A DNA stretch of 64,000 nucleotides from NCBI GenBank assembly GCA_035483835.1, contig DATHPO010000090.1:1924-65923 (forward strand), given 5' to 3'. A program made the translations under genes and the position numbers. This stretch comes from Terriglobales bacterium (GTDB lineage Bacteria > Acidobacteriota > Terriglobia > Terriglobales > Acidobacteriaceae). Below the pieces are notes generated by a model. That model ran no database searches and was not told where the DNA came from. It saw only the letters and a list, made by a program, of their open reading frames with translations. How positions within the stretch are numbered: position 1 is the stretch's first letter; the number at the start of each line of letters is the position of its first letter. This document shows positions 19,550 to 30,180 of this stretch, in pieces.

Positions 19550-20230
19550 ATGAAGCTGGCGCCTAGCGAAACACTGCCAAATCTCGTCATTCCGCTATTT
19601 CTCGGCTTGCTACCATCGGAGGTGGAGAGCGTCTTGGCTCAGGGGCGAGTTTTAGAGGTCGCGCCGAAAACTCGCCTTTGTACTGAGGGCGATACGGCGG
19701 AACACCTCTTCGTCGTGCTGCGCGGAAGGGTCAAGTACAGCCGGCTAACAGCCAAGGGAGACGAACTGATCCTTCGGCTGTTCACGCCGGGTGAAACCTT
19801 CGGGCTCGCCACTCTTCTGCCCAACCCACTGAACTACTTAGGCACAGGCGAGGCACATTTTGGTGGTGTGTTGCACGTGTGGCATCACGACGAAATTTCT
19901 CCACTTTCTGATCGCTATCACCAAATCAAGACGAATGGGTTGAGCATTGCTCTTCGCCTGATGGAGACACTGTCTGACAGACACGCCAGTCTGTTCGAAG
20001 GCAACGCGAGTTTTCGAGTGGCGCGGGCTCTGCTTGACGTCGGCCGCCGAAGCGGCGAGATCCATCCTGAAGGAATCGATGTCCACATCACTAACGAACA
20101 ACTGGGATCCTTGGCGGATGTAAGCCGGTTCACTGCCAGCCGCGTGTTAAGCGATTGGAACAGGGCGGGTGTCGTCACCAAGGAACGTGAGACAGTCCGT
20201 ATTCATTCCCCCGAAAGCCTCCTCTCCTGA
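19550..20230 (+). CDS. Crp/Fnr-family transcriptional regulator (no N-terminal Cys cluster)
   Basis: cNMP-binding-like beta-roll (FVVLRGRVKYSRL...GETFG) and a C-terminal HTH (LGSLADVSRFTASRVLSDW). Confidence 0.85.
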   Translation: MKLAPSETLPNLVIPLFLGLLPSEVESVLAQGRVLEVAPKTRLCTEGDTAEHLFVVLRGRVKYSRLTAKGDELILRLFTPGETFGLATLLPNPLNYLGTGEAHFGGVLHVWHHDEISPLSDRYHQIKTNGLSIALRLMETLSDRHASLFEGNASFRVARALLDVGRRSGEIHPEGIDVHITNEQLGSLADVSRFTASRVLSDWNRAGVVTKERETVRIHSPESLLS

Positions 20231-20333
20231 CTCGCACATCTGCGACTGATAATCCGCCACAGTGCGCTATCGCAACGACGGCCTTAAGCGTAACGCCTAT
20301 CCTGACTTAAGCCCTAAATTCTTTGGGAGGTAA

Positions 20334-20786
20334 ATGGATAGCCCCGATATTAGTTCTTCAATACTTGTGCGCATTCTTCTTGTAGAGGACTTCGAGCCCT
20401 TCCGGATGAAAGTTCGGTGCTTAATTACAAAGCGGGCGGAATTTACGGTCCTCTGCGAGGAGTCTGATGGATTAGCAGCAGTGCAAAAAGCCGAAGAACT
20501 GCGCCCAGACCTGATTCTGATGGATATCGGCCTTCCCTCGATAGATGGAATCGAAGCCGCCCGGAAAATACTCCGTAGCAATCCCCAGGCAAGAATCCTA
20601 TTCTTGACTCAGGAATCTTCTTCTGACGTCGTGAGCGAAGCTTTTAATCTGGGCGCACGAGGTTACATAGTAAAAATGGACGCGAGAAAAGATCTGCTGT
20701 TGGGCATAGATGCTGTCATGAAGGGCGAGAAATTCGTCAGTGCTAGTTTGAAGAGGCCTGGCTCTCCGAGCTTTCACGATGCGTAA
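20334..20786 (+). CDS. single-domain response regulator (receiver only)
   Basis: ILLVEDFEPF...DLILMDIGLPSIDG...GYIVK. No output domain. GGGAGG RBS. Confidence 0.85.
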   Translation: MDSPDISSSILVRILLVEDFEPFRMKVRCLITKRAEFTVLCEESDGLAAVQKAEELRPDLILMDIGLPSIDGIEAARKILRSNPQARILFLTQESSSDVVSEAFNLGARGYIVKMDARKDLLLGIDAVMKGEKFVSASLKRPGSPSFHDA

Positions 20787-20890
20787 CCGCCGCCTAGTTC
20801 CCCATTTAGGCACCGCGGCCAATCCATTGACCCGAGACTAGGAGATCAAGGCGACACATACCCGACAACGAAGCGACACCCTGACCTCTT

Positions 20891-20935
20891 CTAGGGATTT
20901 CCCTAGTTGCCCGCAGAACAAACCTGACCTACGTT
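20891..20935 (+). promoter_or_regulatory. palindrome motif CTAGGGATTTCCCTAG + TTGCCC-N17-TACGTT, upstream of yidE/ybjL-like gene
   Basis: Perfect 16-mer. The predicted leader to the ATG at 21153 is about 210 nt. Confidence 0.5.
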
Positions 20936-21152
20936 AGTTCCTGGAAACTTGGCTTCAGCCGCGCAGACATCTTTTTCGAAAAAGTGCTGAGCAGAGCTGA
21001 TCCTTGAAAACGGCATTTCCCGTTGCGTTCCGGAAACTGGTTCCCGACCGGAGTTACACGCGCGAAGGCCAGCGCTTTTCACGGCACTATTACTTCAACC
21101 ATCAGACTCTCGGGTCGGCGGAGTCTACAGTTCGTCAATTCGGAGAGAGCGC

Positions 21153-22832
21153 ATGATTGCGAGTCTTGTCGCGTCGCTAAGACAACATCCTGAGCTCGCA
21201 GTCTTCCTGACGCTTGCGCTCGGATTCCTGCTGGGGCGTGTGCGGGTCGGAACCTTCAAGCTTGGAAATGTCGTCGGCACGCTGCTTGCGGGAGTCATCA
21301 TTGGCCAACTAGCCATCAGGGTTCATCCGCTCGTCGAGATTGTGTTTTTCGATCTGTTCCTCTTCGCGACCGGTTACAAGGTGGGTCCGCAATTCTTCCG
21401 TGGGCTCAAGAAGAACGCGGTGCCGCAACTCTCGCTGACCGTGGTCTTGTGTGTGACCAGCCTCGTGGTGACGGTCGTGGCGGCGAAGGCGCTCGGGTAT
21501 GACTGCGGCACCGCTGCCGGCCTCATGGCTGGCGCCTTCACTGAGAGTACGGTCATCGGCACGGCGGGTGATACGATTGCCCGGCTTAATCTGCCAGATG
21601 CCGAAAAGCAGAGGCTGCTGAACAACATCCCTGTCGCGTACGCGGTGAGCTATCTCGTTGGGACGGGCTTCGTAGTCTGGTTTCTCTCGAGTCTCGCGCC
21701 GAGGCTGCTCGGGGTCGACCTCAAAGAGGAAAGCAAGAAGCTGGAAGCGAAGATGTCCGCGATCCCCACCGAAGAGTCTGGCAGGCGTTCGGGCTACCGC
21801 GAATGGGACCTCCGGGCGTATCGGCTTGCCGACGTTTTTGTCAGTCGTCGGATCGCCGATCTGGAGAAGTCCTTTGTTCCGGAGCGCGTGTTTATTGAGC
21901 GAATCCGCCGCGACTCCAAGTGTGTCGAGGCGACTCCCGATACGGTGCTGCAAGCCGGGGACGTCGTTGTCGTTGTGGCCCGTCGCCACGTGCTGCTCAG
22001 CGGGGGCTCGGCGATTGGTGTAGAGCTCGAGGATCGCGAGCTGCTGGACTTCCCTGTGACCACGGCTGATGTCGTCGTCACTAACCGTGCTGTTGTGGAC
22101 GAGAGGCTTCCAGTACTTGCCGAGCAGGTCGGCCGCGGCGTTGCCCTCCAGAAGCTCGTCCGAGGTGGGGAAGAAATCCCATTCACTTTGGAAACGACCG
22201 TGCAGCGCGGCGACCTCCTGCGGATCGTCGGCGCCACAAAGCATGTGGAGCGCGTAGGCAAGATCCTCGGCTACATAGAGCGGCCATCGAGCGAGACGGA
22301 TGTTGTCTTCGTCGGCCTTGGTATCTTCGTGGGAGGGTTGGTCGGCTTGCTCTCCGTCAGTGTAGGTGGTGTGCCGCTCAGCCTCACGGCCAGCGGCGGT
22401 GCGCTGATCATGGGTCTCGTCTTCGGGTGGCTGCGATCCGTCCGCCCAACCTTCGGTCGTATCCCCGAGCCAGCACTGTGGGTCTTCGACACCATCGGCC
22501 TCGCGGTCTTCATCGGCGTCGTTGGCTTGAACGCCGGGCCCGGCTTCATCACGGGTCTGCGCGTCACGGGGCCAAGCCTTCTCCTGGTGGGTTTCCTCGT
22601 CGCCTTGACGCCCCACGTGGTCGCGGTTTTCTTCGGGCGCTACGTGTTGAATATAAACCCGGTGATTCTCCTCGGAGCGTGCGCGGGCGCTGGAACGGCA
22701 ACGGCGGCGCTGCGGGCGGTTCAGGATGAATCCGCGAGCAAGCTACCGGCACTGGGATACACGGTGCCGTATGCGGTCGGCAACATCCTGCTGACCGCAT
22801 GGGGCCCAATTATCGTGATATTGACCAGATAG
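21153..22832 (+). CDS. YidE/YbjL-family putative transporter (two membrane halves flanking two TrkA-C/RCK_C domains)
   Basis: 559 aa. The N- and C-terminal hydrophobic halves are separated by two about 80-aa soluble repeats (VLQAGDVVVVVA.., VQRGDLLRIVG..). Confidence 0.8.
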   Translation: MIASLVASLRQHPELAVFLTLALGFLLGRVRVGTFKLGNVVGTLLAGVIIGQLAIRVHPLVEIVFFDLFLFATGYKVGPQFFRGLKKNAVPQLSLTVVLCVTSLVVTVVAAKALGYDCGTAAGLMAGAFTESTVIGTAGDTIARLNLPDAEKQRLLNNIPVAYAVSYLVGTGFVVWFLSSLAPRLLGVDLKEESKKLEAKMSAIPTEESGRRSGYREWDLRAYRLADVFVSRRIADLEKSFVPERVFIERIRRDSKCVEATPDTVLQAGDVVVVVARRHVLLSGGSAIGVELEDRELLDFPVTTADVVVTNRAVVDERLPVLAEQVGRGVALQKLVRGGEEIPFTLETTVQRGDLLRIVGATKHVERVGKILGYIERPSSETDVVFVGLGIFVGGLVGLLSVSVGGVPLSLTASGGALIMGLVFGWLRSVRPTFGRIPEPALWVFDTIGLAVFIGVVGLNAGPGFITGLRVTGPSLLLVGFLVALTPHVVAVFFGRYVLNINPVILLGACAGAGTATAALRAVQDESASKLPALGYTVPYAVGNILLTAWGPIIVILTR

Positions 22833-22863
22833 TTATGGCCCAACTAGAGGTGGGGGAGCTGGT

Positions 22864-23256
22864 ATGCGCCGATTCAAAAGTTTGTGGTTCGCTATTCTCT
22901 TCCTGAGCCTATTTACACTCTGTGGCTGTCAGGATCTTGTTCCGCATGATACCTCTAGCCTATTCATCCCCAGGTTCCAAAGGTCTGAGATTTTTGGTTT
23001 TGTAGCCGGCCTTGGAACGACTTTTGCCGCTGTACCCGACTTGGTCGCTATGCTCAGGCGTCGGTCCAGCGCTGGAATGAACCCGAGGATGGCCGCAATC
23101 ATGGGGGTCTTTCAGATCCTGTGGGTTTACTACGGCTTGTTGATTGCGTCGCGGCCCGTAATCGCATGGAACGTGATTGCAGTCTTGATCAATTTTCTTA
23201 GCGTGGGTGCGTACCGTTACTTCGTTCGCAAGGAAAAAAGGCAAGCAACAACGTAA
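22864..23256 (+). CDS. small membrane protein, possibly PQ-loop/SemiSWEET-like, with lipoprotein-type signal
   Basis: LFTLCGC lipobox-like start followed by three helices. The family call is tentative. Confidence 0.4.
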   Translation: MRRFKSLWFAILFLSLFTLCGCQDLVPHDTSSLFIPRFQRSEIFGFVAGLGTTFAAVPDLVAMLRRRSSAGMNPRMAAIMGVFQILWVYYGLLIASRPVIAWNVIAVLINFLSVGAYRYFVRKEKRQATT

Positions 23257-23303
23257 CAATTTATCGACCCATTGTCAGGAAGACACTCGTCGGAAGCGCT
23301 AAT

Positions 23304-26300
23304 CTAAAATGTAAGCTTTAGCGCCAACTGTCCAACCCGCGCGTTTACAGCGGTGTTACTTATGACACCGAAGGTCGGGGATGTGAAATTGCTGTCGGGA
23401 TTCCCAAATTGCGGATGATTCAACGCGTTGTAAAACTCCGCACGAAATTGAAGATTGTTCTACTCATGAAGCCAGTTAAAGATCACACTCTTTGATAAGG
23501 CGAGATCCAGGTTCGCTTGTCCGGGACCGTCGACGATTCCTGTCGCGCTGTCCCCAAACGCCGTTCCGATGCCGTCCGCGCCGATTACCGGCGGAGTTGT
23601 AAAGCAGGACGCGTTGAAATAGCTGTTTAGTTTGGACTCGACCGGCCCTCCCTTCACCAGTTGATTTTTCGAGCACACGCCGCTTAGCTGGGCGCGATCT
23701 TCGCTGATTCCGAAAACGTTCGTGGGATTAGTTTCTGCGATTGTGAGAGCACTGCCGGACTGGATGGTTGCGATTGCGTCCAAAGACCAGTTGCCCAGGA
23801 CGGCGCGTGGCACGCCGCGGGATGGGCCGGGAAGGTTCCAGGTGGTGCTGAAAACAAATCGATGAGTGCGGTCGAAACTGGCTCGTCCCCATCGCTGTGA
23901 AGGGGAGTTTTGGTCCCCTAGTGTCAGCGCGTTTCCTGAAGAGGTTGAGTTAATGTCTGCGCCATCGGTATCCAAGACCTTAGAAAAAGTGTATGAGGCC
24001 AGAAATTGAAAGCCATGACTTAGCCGTTTGGTCAGACTTACTTCAAGCGCGTTGTACCAGGAGCTGCCCTCGGACTCCATTTCCTGAAGCGAGTCCGCCG
24101 GTACGCCGAGAATCGGAACTCGCAGCGGTACGTTTGCTAGGGTATTGTCGGTAACCCCTCTGATTGGATCGTCGGTCGAAGCAGACAGCGCCTGATTCAG
24201 AGAACGTTGGCGTACCAAGTGCATTCCCGAGGTACCCACGTATCCAACTTCCAACAGATAACCTCGGTGCAACTCGGCTTGAACATTCAATGAATACTCT
24301 TGAACCATCGCGTTCCGAAACCCGGGCGCAATGGAATATATGGTTGTTGTGGTCGTGGGAGAATATGCCGGGAACATCGGAAAAGACTCTGGCGTGGGAA
24401 ACGGCTGCGCGAACGGCTCTTGAAATGTGGCATGTGCGTTTGCGGTTCCGGCATTCAGTCGGAATACCGAGAAGGGAGCACCGAAGAGGTTTTGGTAGAA
24501 GGCTTGGCCAGTGGGTCGGGAATAGTACACTCCATACCCTCCTCTAAGCACAACCGCTGAGGGGGAGATCTGCCAGGCGAAGCCGATTCGTGGTGCGAGG
24601 GTATTTTGCCCCACGCCGTCGTTGCCAAATGTGTTACTCGCGCGCTGGACGCCTGCTGGAGACACGCCTGGAAAGTTGGAAGCCACGACATAGCCCGCCA
24701 CACTCCCGCCTGGAGGAGGGGTGGCATCAGCTTTGCTGATGTCGAAGCTTGAATTCCTGCCCAGCTTATCGCCGAATTGGCCGAGTCGCTCGTAACGCAA
24801 GCCGATGTTCAGCATGAGCGACTTGCCGATTCTATAGTCGTCCTGGACGAACCCCGTACCTTCCCACACTCTGTATTCTCGTTGCGTCAGACCGAAGTCA
24901 TCGAAGGACGCAAAGACATTGCTGAATTGGGTGCCGTTGTTGGCCGCGCTGCTGCCGAGTAAGAAATCGGGCCAACTTAGAAACTCTACGAGGGATCCCA
25001 GTCCTACGAGGTTGACGTTGTCCTGCAGGCGCGTGATTCCCCCTCCGAGCCGAAGGGCGTGACGCCCGCGAACGAAGCTGAGGGTATCACTGAAGACGAA
25101 ACTGTTTTGCGTAATCGTTCGTGGAAATCCCGATGCAATGCTGACGGAACCGAGAATTTTCAAGCTGGGGAGCTCGTTGTTATCGCTCATTTCCCCTTCC
25201 GCAACCCCGACATCCGACCAGTTAAACCCAGTTCTAGCCTGTGTATCGGTTCGTGTGCGGACGTAGCCAACGCGGGCATCATTCAGCCAGGAGTTTCGGA
25301 AATTATAAGTATGATCAATCGAGAAGACTCTGAAGCCAGAATTGGCCGGACTCGGGAAGCCACCGATGTTACCTGAAGGGTTGAGGCCGTTACCGGGAAA
25401 GGTTACAGTCTGGGCATCGTTGGCGACGAACAAACGCGCCTCGAATTTGCTGGCCGACGATGCGAGGTAATCAAAATTGCCCACGTACTGGTCTTCGCTG
25501 AAATGGCAGGGATCGGTGAACACTGAGAAGCCCTGCTGGGAAAGTGGCTTTGTCGGGTCTACTGTTTGCGGCGTCGGAATAAGGAAAGATCCGTCTGGCA
25601 ACTTGAAATTCAACAGCGCCAGTGCAACTGGATTGATGTTGGACCCGTCAGGCTTGATCGCGGTTCCCCCCTGCGCCCCGGCCATTCCGCCAAAGATCTT
25701 TCCGAGAGCAGCGGGGGAACGATCATTCGTCAGAGGCGGCTCACTCAAACTGGCGGTACAAGCGGTCCGGGACTGTCCGGCGGCGAGGCCATTCACCTGG
25801 CGAGTTCCCTGATACGAACCGAAGAAAAAAAGCTTCTCCTTCTTTATAGGCCCACCCAATGCGAACCCAAACTGATTTTGATTGAGAACAGGGCGAGGTT
25901 GATTGGTCTGGTTCAGGAAATAATCGTTGGCATTAAGATCCGTGTTACGGAAAAACTCGAAAACCGTACCGTGAAGGTCATTGCCGCCAGTCTTGGTAAT
26001 CAAACTGACGTTGGCGCCGGCATAACGTCCATAGGCTGCATCGTAGAGTCCTGTCTGGACCTTGAACTCCTGAATGCTGTCGGGGTTGGGAATTGGAATT
26101 CCGCCACTACCCGCCGCGCTGCCTTGCACATCGCTCACGCTGATTCCGTCGAGCTGAAAGTTATTGTCATAAGAACGGGCTCCGTGCACGAAGATCCCAT
26201 CGTTAGACTCGGCGATCTGCGACAACGCGGTTCCACCCAGGCCGAGTTCTCCTGCGTTGTAAACTCCCGTCATAACTCCGGGTGCGAGACTAGTGATTTG

Positions 26301-26801
26301 AGCGAAGTTCCTGGTCACGAGCGGCAAATTACTCACCGCGGTTTCATCCACCACTTTACCCAGTGAAGAACTGTCAGTCTGGAGCATCGTCGGTTGCGCC
26401 GTTATCTGCATGCTCTGTACAACGGTCGCGAGCTGGACATGTAAATCCAAGTGCGCCGTTTCTGTGACCCTGACGCTTGCAATTGCGCTGGCGATTAGAG
26501 GAACCGATCCGGTCTTGCTGGCTTGCACCGCGTAGTGGCCGGGGGGCAGCAGGAGAAAACTAAAACTGCCCTGTCCGTCGGAAGTAGCAGAATCAGTTGC
26601 TCCAGTGTCCTGGTTGGTGAGACGGACAACGGCTCCCGGCAAAACAGCTCCGGATGGGTCAAGCACCAACCCGGTCAAAGCGCCGGTGGAAGCTGTTTGG
26701 CCGCGAATGTGGATGGAAAACAGCACCAAAATCGCCACCATCAGCAGGAGCGCCGAGCGTCTGCAAGGCTGTAAGCCGTCCGCTTGCGAAGCGTTCCTCA
26801 T
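23304..26801 (-). pseudogene. TonB-dependent receptor with CarboxypepD_reg N-domain, interrupted by an in-frame TAG at 23460-23462
   Basis: After the TAG the same frame continues for 51 codons (NNLQFRAEFYNALNHPQFGNPDSNFTSPTFGVISNTAVNARVGQLALKLTF). This is the canonical terminal beta-strand ending in Phe, followed by a stop at 23304-23306. Confidence 0.75.
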
Positions 26802-26969
26802 CTCTGGCCTCCGCCGCGACGGCAACGTGCTTCCCAAGCTTAATGTTCCCACGTGTCCGCGGGCGTGTTGCCGGGTATTATATGCTGCGGGTTCAAAGTG
26901 TGTTGGGAGTCGCTAGCCAGGGCATTGGGCGCTAGGGCGTTTTGGGCGAGAAGTTCCTCTGGAGGTCTC

Positions 26970-29261
26970 GTGCCGGTCGCGATCGAACGAAGTGTTTTGC
27001 GAAGATGTCAGTGCCTTGGACAGCGGGGCTGCGGACACGATCGTCGATCTACGCATCTGCTAGCCGTAAGGTTTGCTGTCGCTATGGCTACAGCAGTCTT
27101 TGTTCTTCTTCTGCTTTTTGTGCCGGAAATTACGGCGGCCGCGTCGGCAAAGGAGGTCCGGCGGGTCCTCGTTTTCAATGACCTTGGATCAATCTCGTCG
27201 CCCGGCTTTGCGGCCATGGATCAAGCCATTTTTGCGGGTCTGGAGAAATCGGCTTACCAGATCGAGTTCTATAACGAAAATCTGGAGACAACCTTGTTTT
27301 CAGATGCGGATTCCCAGAGCAGACTTCGGGAGTGGTACTTTCAGAAGTATCGCGATCGCAAGCCAGACGTGATCATCGCCGTGGGTCAGGGTTCTCTCAA
27401 CTTCATGATCGAATCGCACGAGACGGCTTTCCCAAACATCCCGATCATATTCTGCGGAAGCACTGAGGAGATGGTGGACGAGTTGAAGCCAGACTCGCAT
27501 TTTACAGGTGTTTGGGCAGTCGCGGACCCGGAAAAGACCCTGAACGCAGCACTGCGATTGCAGCCTGGCACTAAGCAAGTAGTTGTCGTCGGCGGTGTGG
27601 GAGCATTTGACAGGTACCTCGAAGCCATCGTCAAGAAGAGTCTGCGCAATTACGAGTCAAAGCTTGAGTTCACATACCTTACGGACTCGGAAATGCCCGC
27701 GCTGCTCGAGCGCCTGAAGCATCTGCCAGAACAGACGATCGTTTTTCACACGTCGATCATGCAGGACACGGCGGGAGCACACTTCATTGATGCTAGTCAG
27801 TCGGTTCCCATGGTTGCCAGTGCCGCGAATGCACCGGTCTTTATTGTGGACGATGTGGACCTCGGTAGCGGAACGGTAGGCGGCAATCTGTTGAGTTGGG
27901 CCAACACTGGACAGGTTGCCGCCAGCATGGCGCTGAGAGTTCTCAACGGCGAAAAGCCGCAGGACATCCCCGTCGTGAAGAGCCCAAACGTTTACATGTT
28001 TGATTGGCGAGCGTTGCAGCACTGGGGATTTAAAGAGAGCGACCTTCCACCTGGTAGTTTGGTTCTCTACAGGCAACCAACTTTCTGGCAACTCTACAAA
28101 CGATACATCGTAGCCGGCATCTGTCTGCTCGTGATGCAAGCACTGATCATTATTGGGCTCCTCTGGCAACGGGCGCAGAGGAAGAAAATACAAACCGAGT
28201 TGGTTTTATCCAATAACAGCCTTCGCGAGAGCGAGGAACGCTTTCGTCTGGTCGCCAATACTGCCCCGGTTTTGATCTGGATGTCCGGTCCGGACAAGCT
28301 GTGCACCTACTTCAACCAGCCTTGGCTGGACTTCACCGGTCGGTCCATTGAAGCGGAGCTAGGTAATGGCTGGGCAGAAGGCGTACATCCTGAAGACCTG
28401 ACCAATTGCCTGGATATCTACACCAGCGCGTTCGATCGGCGTGAATCTTTCAAGATGCAATATCGGCTCCGTCGGAATGACGGAGAATATCGTTGGGTCT
28501 TCGATATCGGAGTGGCGCGATTCAATCCGGACAGCTCGTTTGCCGGCTATATAGGCTCTTGCATCGATGTCACCGAGCGCAAGATGGCGGAGGAGGCTCT
28601 AGCCAGTTTGAGCGGTCGCTTAATAGACGCCCAGGAGGAGGAGCGCAAACGGATCGCCCGTGAGATCCACGACGACTACAATCAACGGCTGGCGGTGCTG
28701 GCGATGGACTTGGAAGAGCTAGCCGAACAGATCGGAGATTCTCCTGCGGAAGCGGGCCAACAGTTCCAACGAATTTGGAATCAGATTGGCGAGCTCGGCG
28801 CAGACCTGCACTCTCTGTCACACAGCTTGCATTCTTCCACGCTGGAGAGTCTGGGTCTGGTTGCGGGAGCGAAAGCGTTCTGCGAGGAGTTCTCAGAACA
28901 ACAGGAAATACAGGTTGAGTTTGCTCACGAAAATGTTCCGCGTGGTGTGCCCGGAGATGTGGCGCTCTGTTTTTTTCGGATCACTCAGGAAGGCCTTAGA
29001 AACATTAAACGGCATAGCGGCGCTAACCGGGCTGAAGTTCGTCTCGAGCTCTTGGGAGAGAAACTCCACTTGTCAGTCGCAGATGGAGGCAGGGGGTTTG
29101 ATGTGAACAAACACTCATCGCACGATGGCATCGGAATTCGGAGCATGGAGGAACGCCTGCGATCGCTGGGAGGGCAATTAGAGATTAGCTCGCGTCCCCT
29201 GAAGGGGACTAGAATCGACGCGTGGCTTCCGTTAAAAGTCGATAGCCAATATGTGGCTTAG
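26970..29261 (+). CDS. sensor histidine kinase: periplasmic ABC-substrate-binding-like domain, TM, PAS, HisKA_3, HATPase
   Basis: GTG at 26970 is 4 nt after GGAGG. PAS segment (FRLVANTAPVLIWMS...). H-box REIHDDYNQRL, typical of NarL-partner kinases. Confidence 0.8.
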   Translation: MPVAIERSVLRRCQCLGQRGCGHDRRSTHLLAVRFAVAMATAVFVLLLLFVPEITAAASAKEVRRVLVFNDLGSISSPGFAAMDQAIFAGLEKSAYQIEFYNENLETTLFSDADSQSRLREWYFQKYRDRKPDVIIAVGQGSLNFMIESHETAFPNIPIIFCGSTEEMVDELKPDSHFTGVWAVADPEKTLNAALRLQPGTKQVVVVGGVGAFDRYLEAIVKKSLRNYESKLEFTYLTDSEMPALLERLKHLPEQTIVFHTSIMQDTAGAHFIDASQSVPMVASAANAPVFIVDDVDLGSGTVGGNLLSWANTGQVAASMALRVLNGEKPQDIPVVKSPNVYMFDWRALQHWGFKESDLPPGSLVLYRQPTFWQLYKRYIVAGICLLVMQALIIIGLLWQRAQRKKIQTELVLSNNSLRESEERFRLVANTAPVLIWMSGPDKLCTYFNQPWLDFTGRSIEAELGNGWAEGVHPEDLTNCLDIYTSAFDRRESFKMQYRLRRNDGEYRWVFDIGVARFNPDSSFAGYIGSCIDVTERKMAEEALASLSGRLIDAQEEERKRIAREIHDDYNQRLAVLAMDLEELAEQIGDSPAEAGQQFQRIWNQIGELGADLHSLSHSLHSSTLESLGLVAGAKAFCEEFSEQQEIQVEFAHENVPRGVPGDVALCFFRITQEGLRNIKRHSGANRAEVRLELLGEKLHLSVADGGRGFDVNKHSSHDGIGIRSMEERLRSLGGQLEISSRPLKGTRIDAWLPLKVDSQYVA

Positions 29262-29295
29262 TCCTGCGGACTGTTGTGCGCGGTCCGACATAATC

Positions 29296-29949
29296 ATGCA
29301 GACTCTCGGCACTTCTACGATACGTCCCCGCGTACTCATCGCAGATGATCACAGCATCGTTGCGGATGGTCTTCGCTCAATATTGGAGAAGAGCTGCGAC
29401 GTAATCGGAATTGTGCAGGACGGCCGACAATTGCTGATCGAGGCCCCAAAGCTTAAGCCGGACGTCATCGTCCTGGATATTGGGATGCCGTTTCTTAACG
29501 GTCTCGATGCCGCGGAAAGATTAAAGCCTCTCCTGCCCAAGGTAAGGTTTGTCTTCTTGACGATGAAGGACGACCCCAACCTTGCCGCTGCTGCTCTCAA
29601 TTTAGGGGCTGTAGGATACGTTCTCAAGCACTCGGCGGTCTCGGAGTTACTGAAGGCGGTCTCCGAAGTTCTTCAGGGTAAACCGTACGTGACGGCTAAG
29701 CTCCAGGCGGAAAATTGGGCGGACCGAGAGGCTCGCGCGCAACAACTCTCCAAGGCACTGACGCCCCGCCAGAAGGAAGTGCTCCAATTGCTCGCCGAAG
29801 GTCGTCGGACCAAGGAGATAGCAGACATTTTAAGTGTCAGCGAGAGAACGGTTATGTTCCACAAGTATCACATGATGAAGGCGTTCAATCTCAAGAGCAA
29901 CTCAGACTTGGTCTTGCTCGCGCTCAAGCACCACTTGATTTCCGCATAA
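29296..29949 (+). CDS. NarL/LuxR-family response regulator
   Basis: VLIADDH...DIGMPFLNG receiver plus LuxR HTH (TPRQKEVLQLLAEGRRTKEIA). Confidence 0.85.
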   Translation: MQTLGTSTIRPRVLIADDHSIVADGLRSILEKSCDVIGIVQDGRQLLIEAPKLKPDVIVLDIGMPFLNGLDAAERLKPLLPKVRFVFLTMKDDPNLAAAALNLGAVGYVLKHSAVSELLKAVSEVLQGKPYVTAKLQAENWADREARAQQLSKALTPRQKEVLQLLAEGRRTKEIADILSVSERTVMFHKYHMMKAFNLKSNSDLVLLALKHHLISA

Positions 29950-30180
29950 TTCATGATATTGAAGCCTACCTGTCAATTCTGACAGTTGCGCAAACAAACT
30001 CAAGGCAGCTAGCGTTGACGCCGAACTGCTGATCGGGGCGTTAAACGACCCAGTCTCACCCCCGAAAAGCGGAAGTAAAAGCAAAGGAGGCGCCACTTGC
30101 TTACATCCGCCAAGAGTTGTGCATCACCGACGCAGTCCCCGTATCCCGAGATGTCCGCAGGCTGTAAACCAGGAGCGAAC

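Noticed and set aside
21309-22616. 435-aa ORF antisense to the YidE/YbjL transporter gene
   Set aside because: It is a low-complexity, Arg/Pro/Glu-rich translation with no motifs. The sense strand encodes a complete, recognisable transporter. This is a typical GC-rich antisense artefact. The same applies to 25566-26366, 38646-39392 and 39834-40359.
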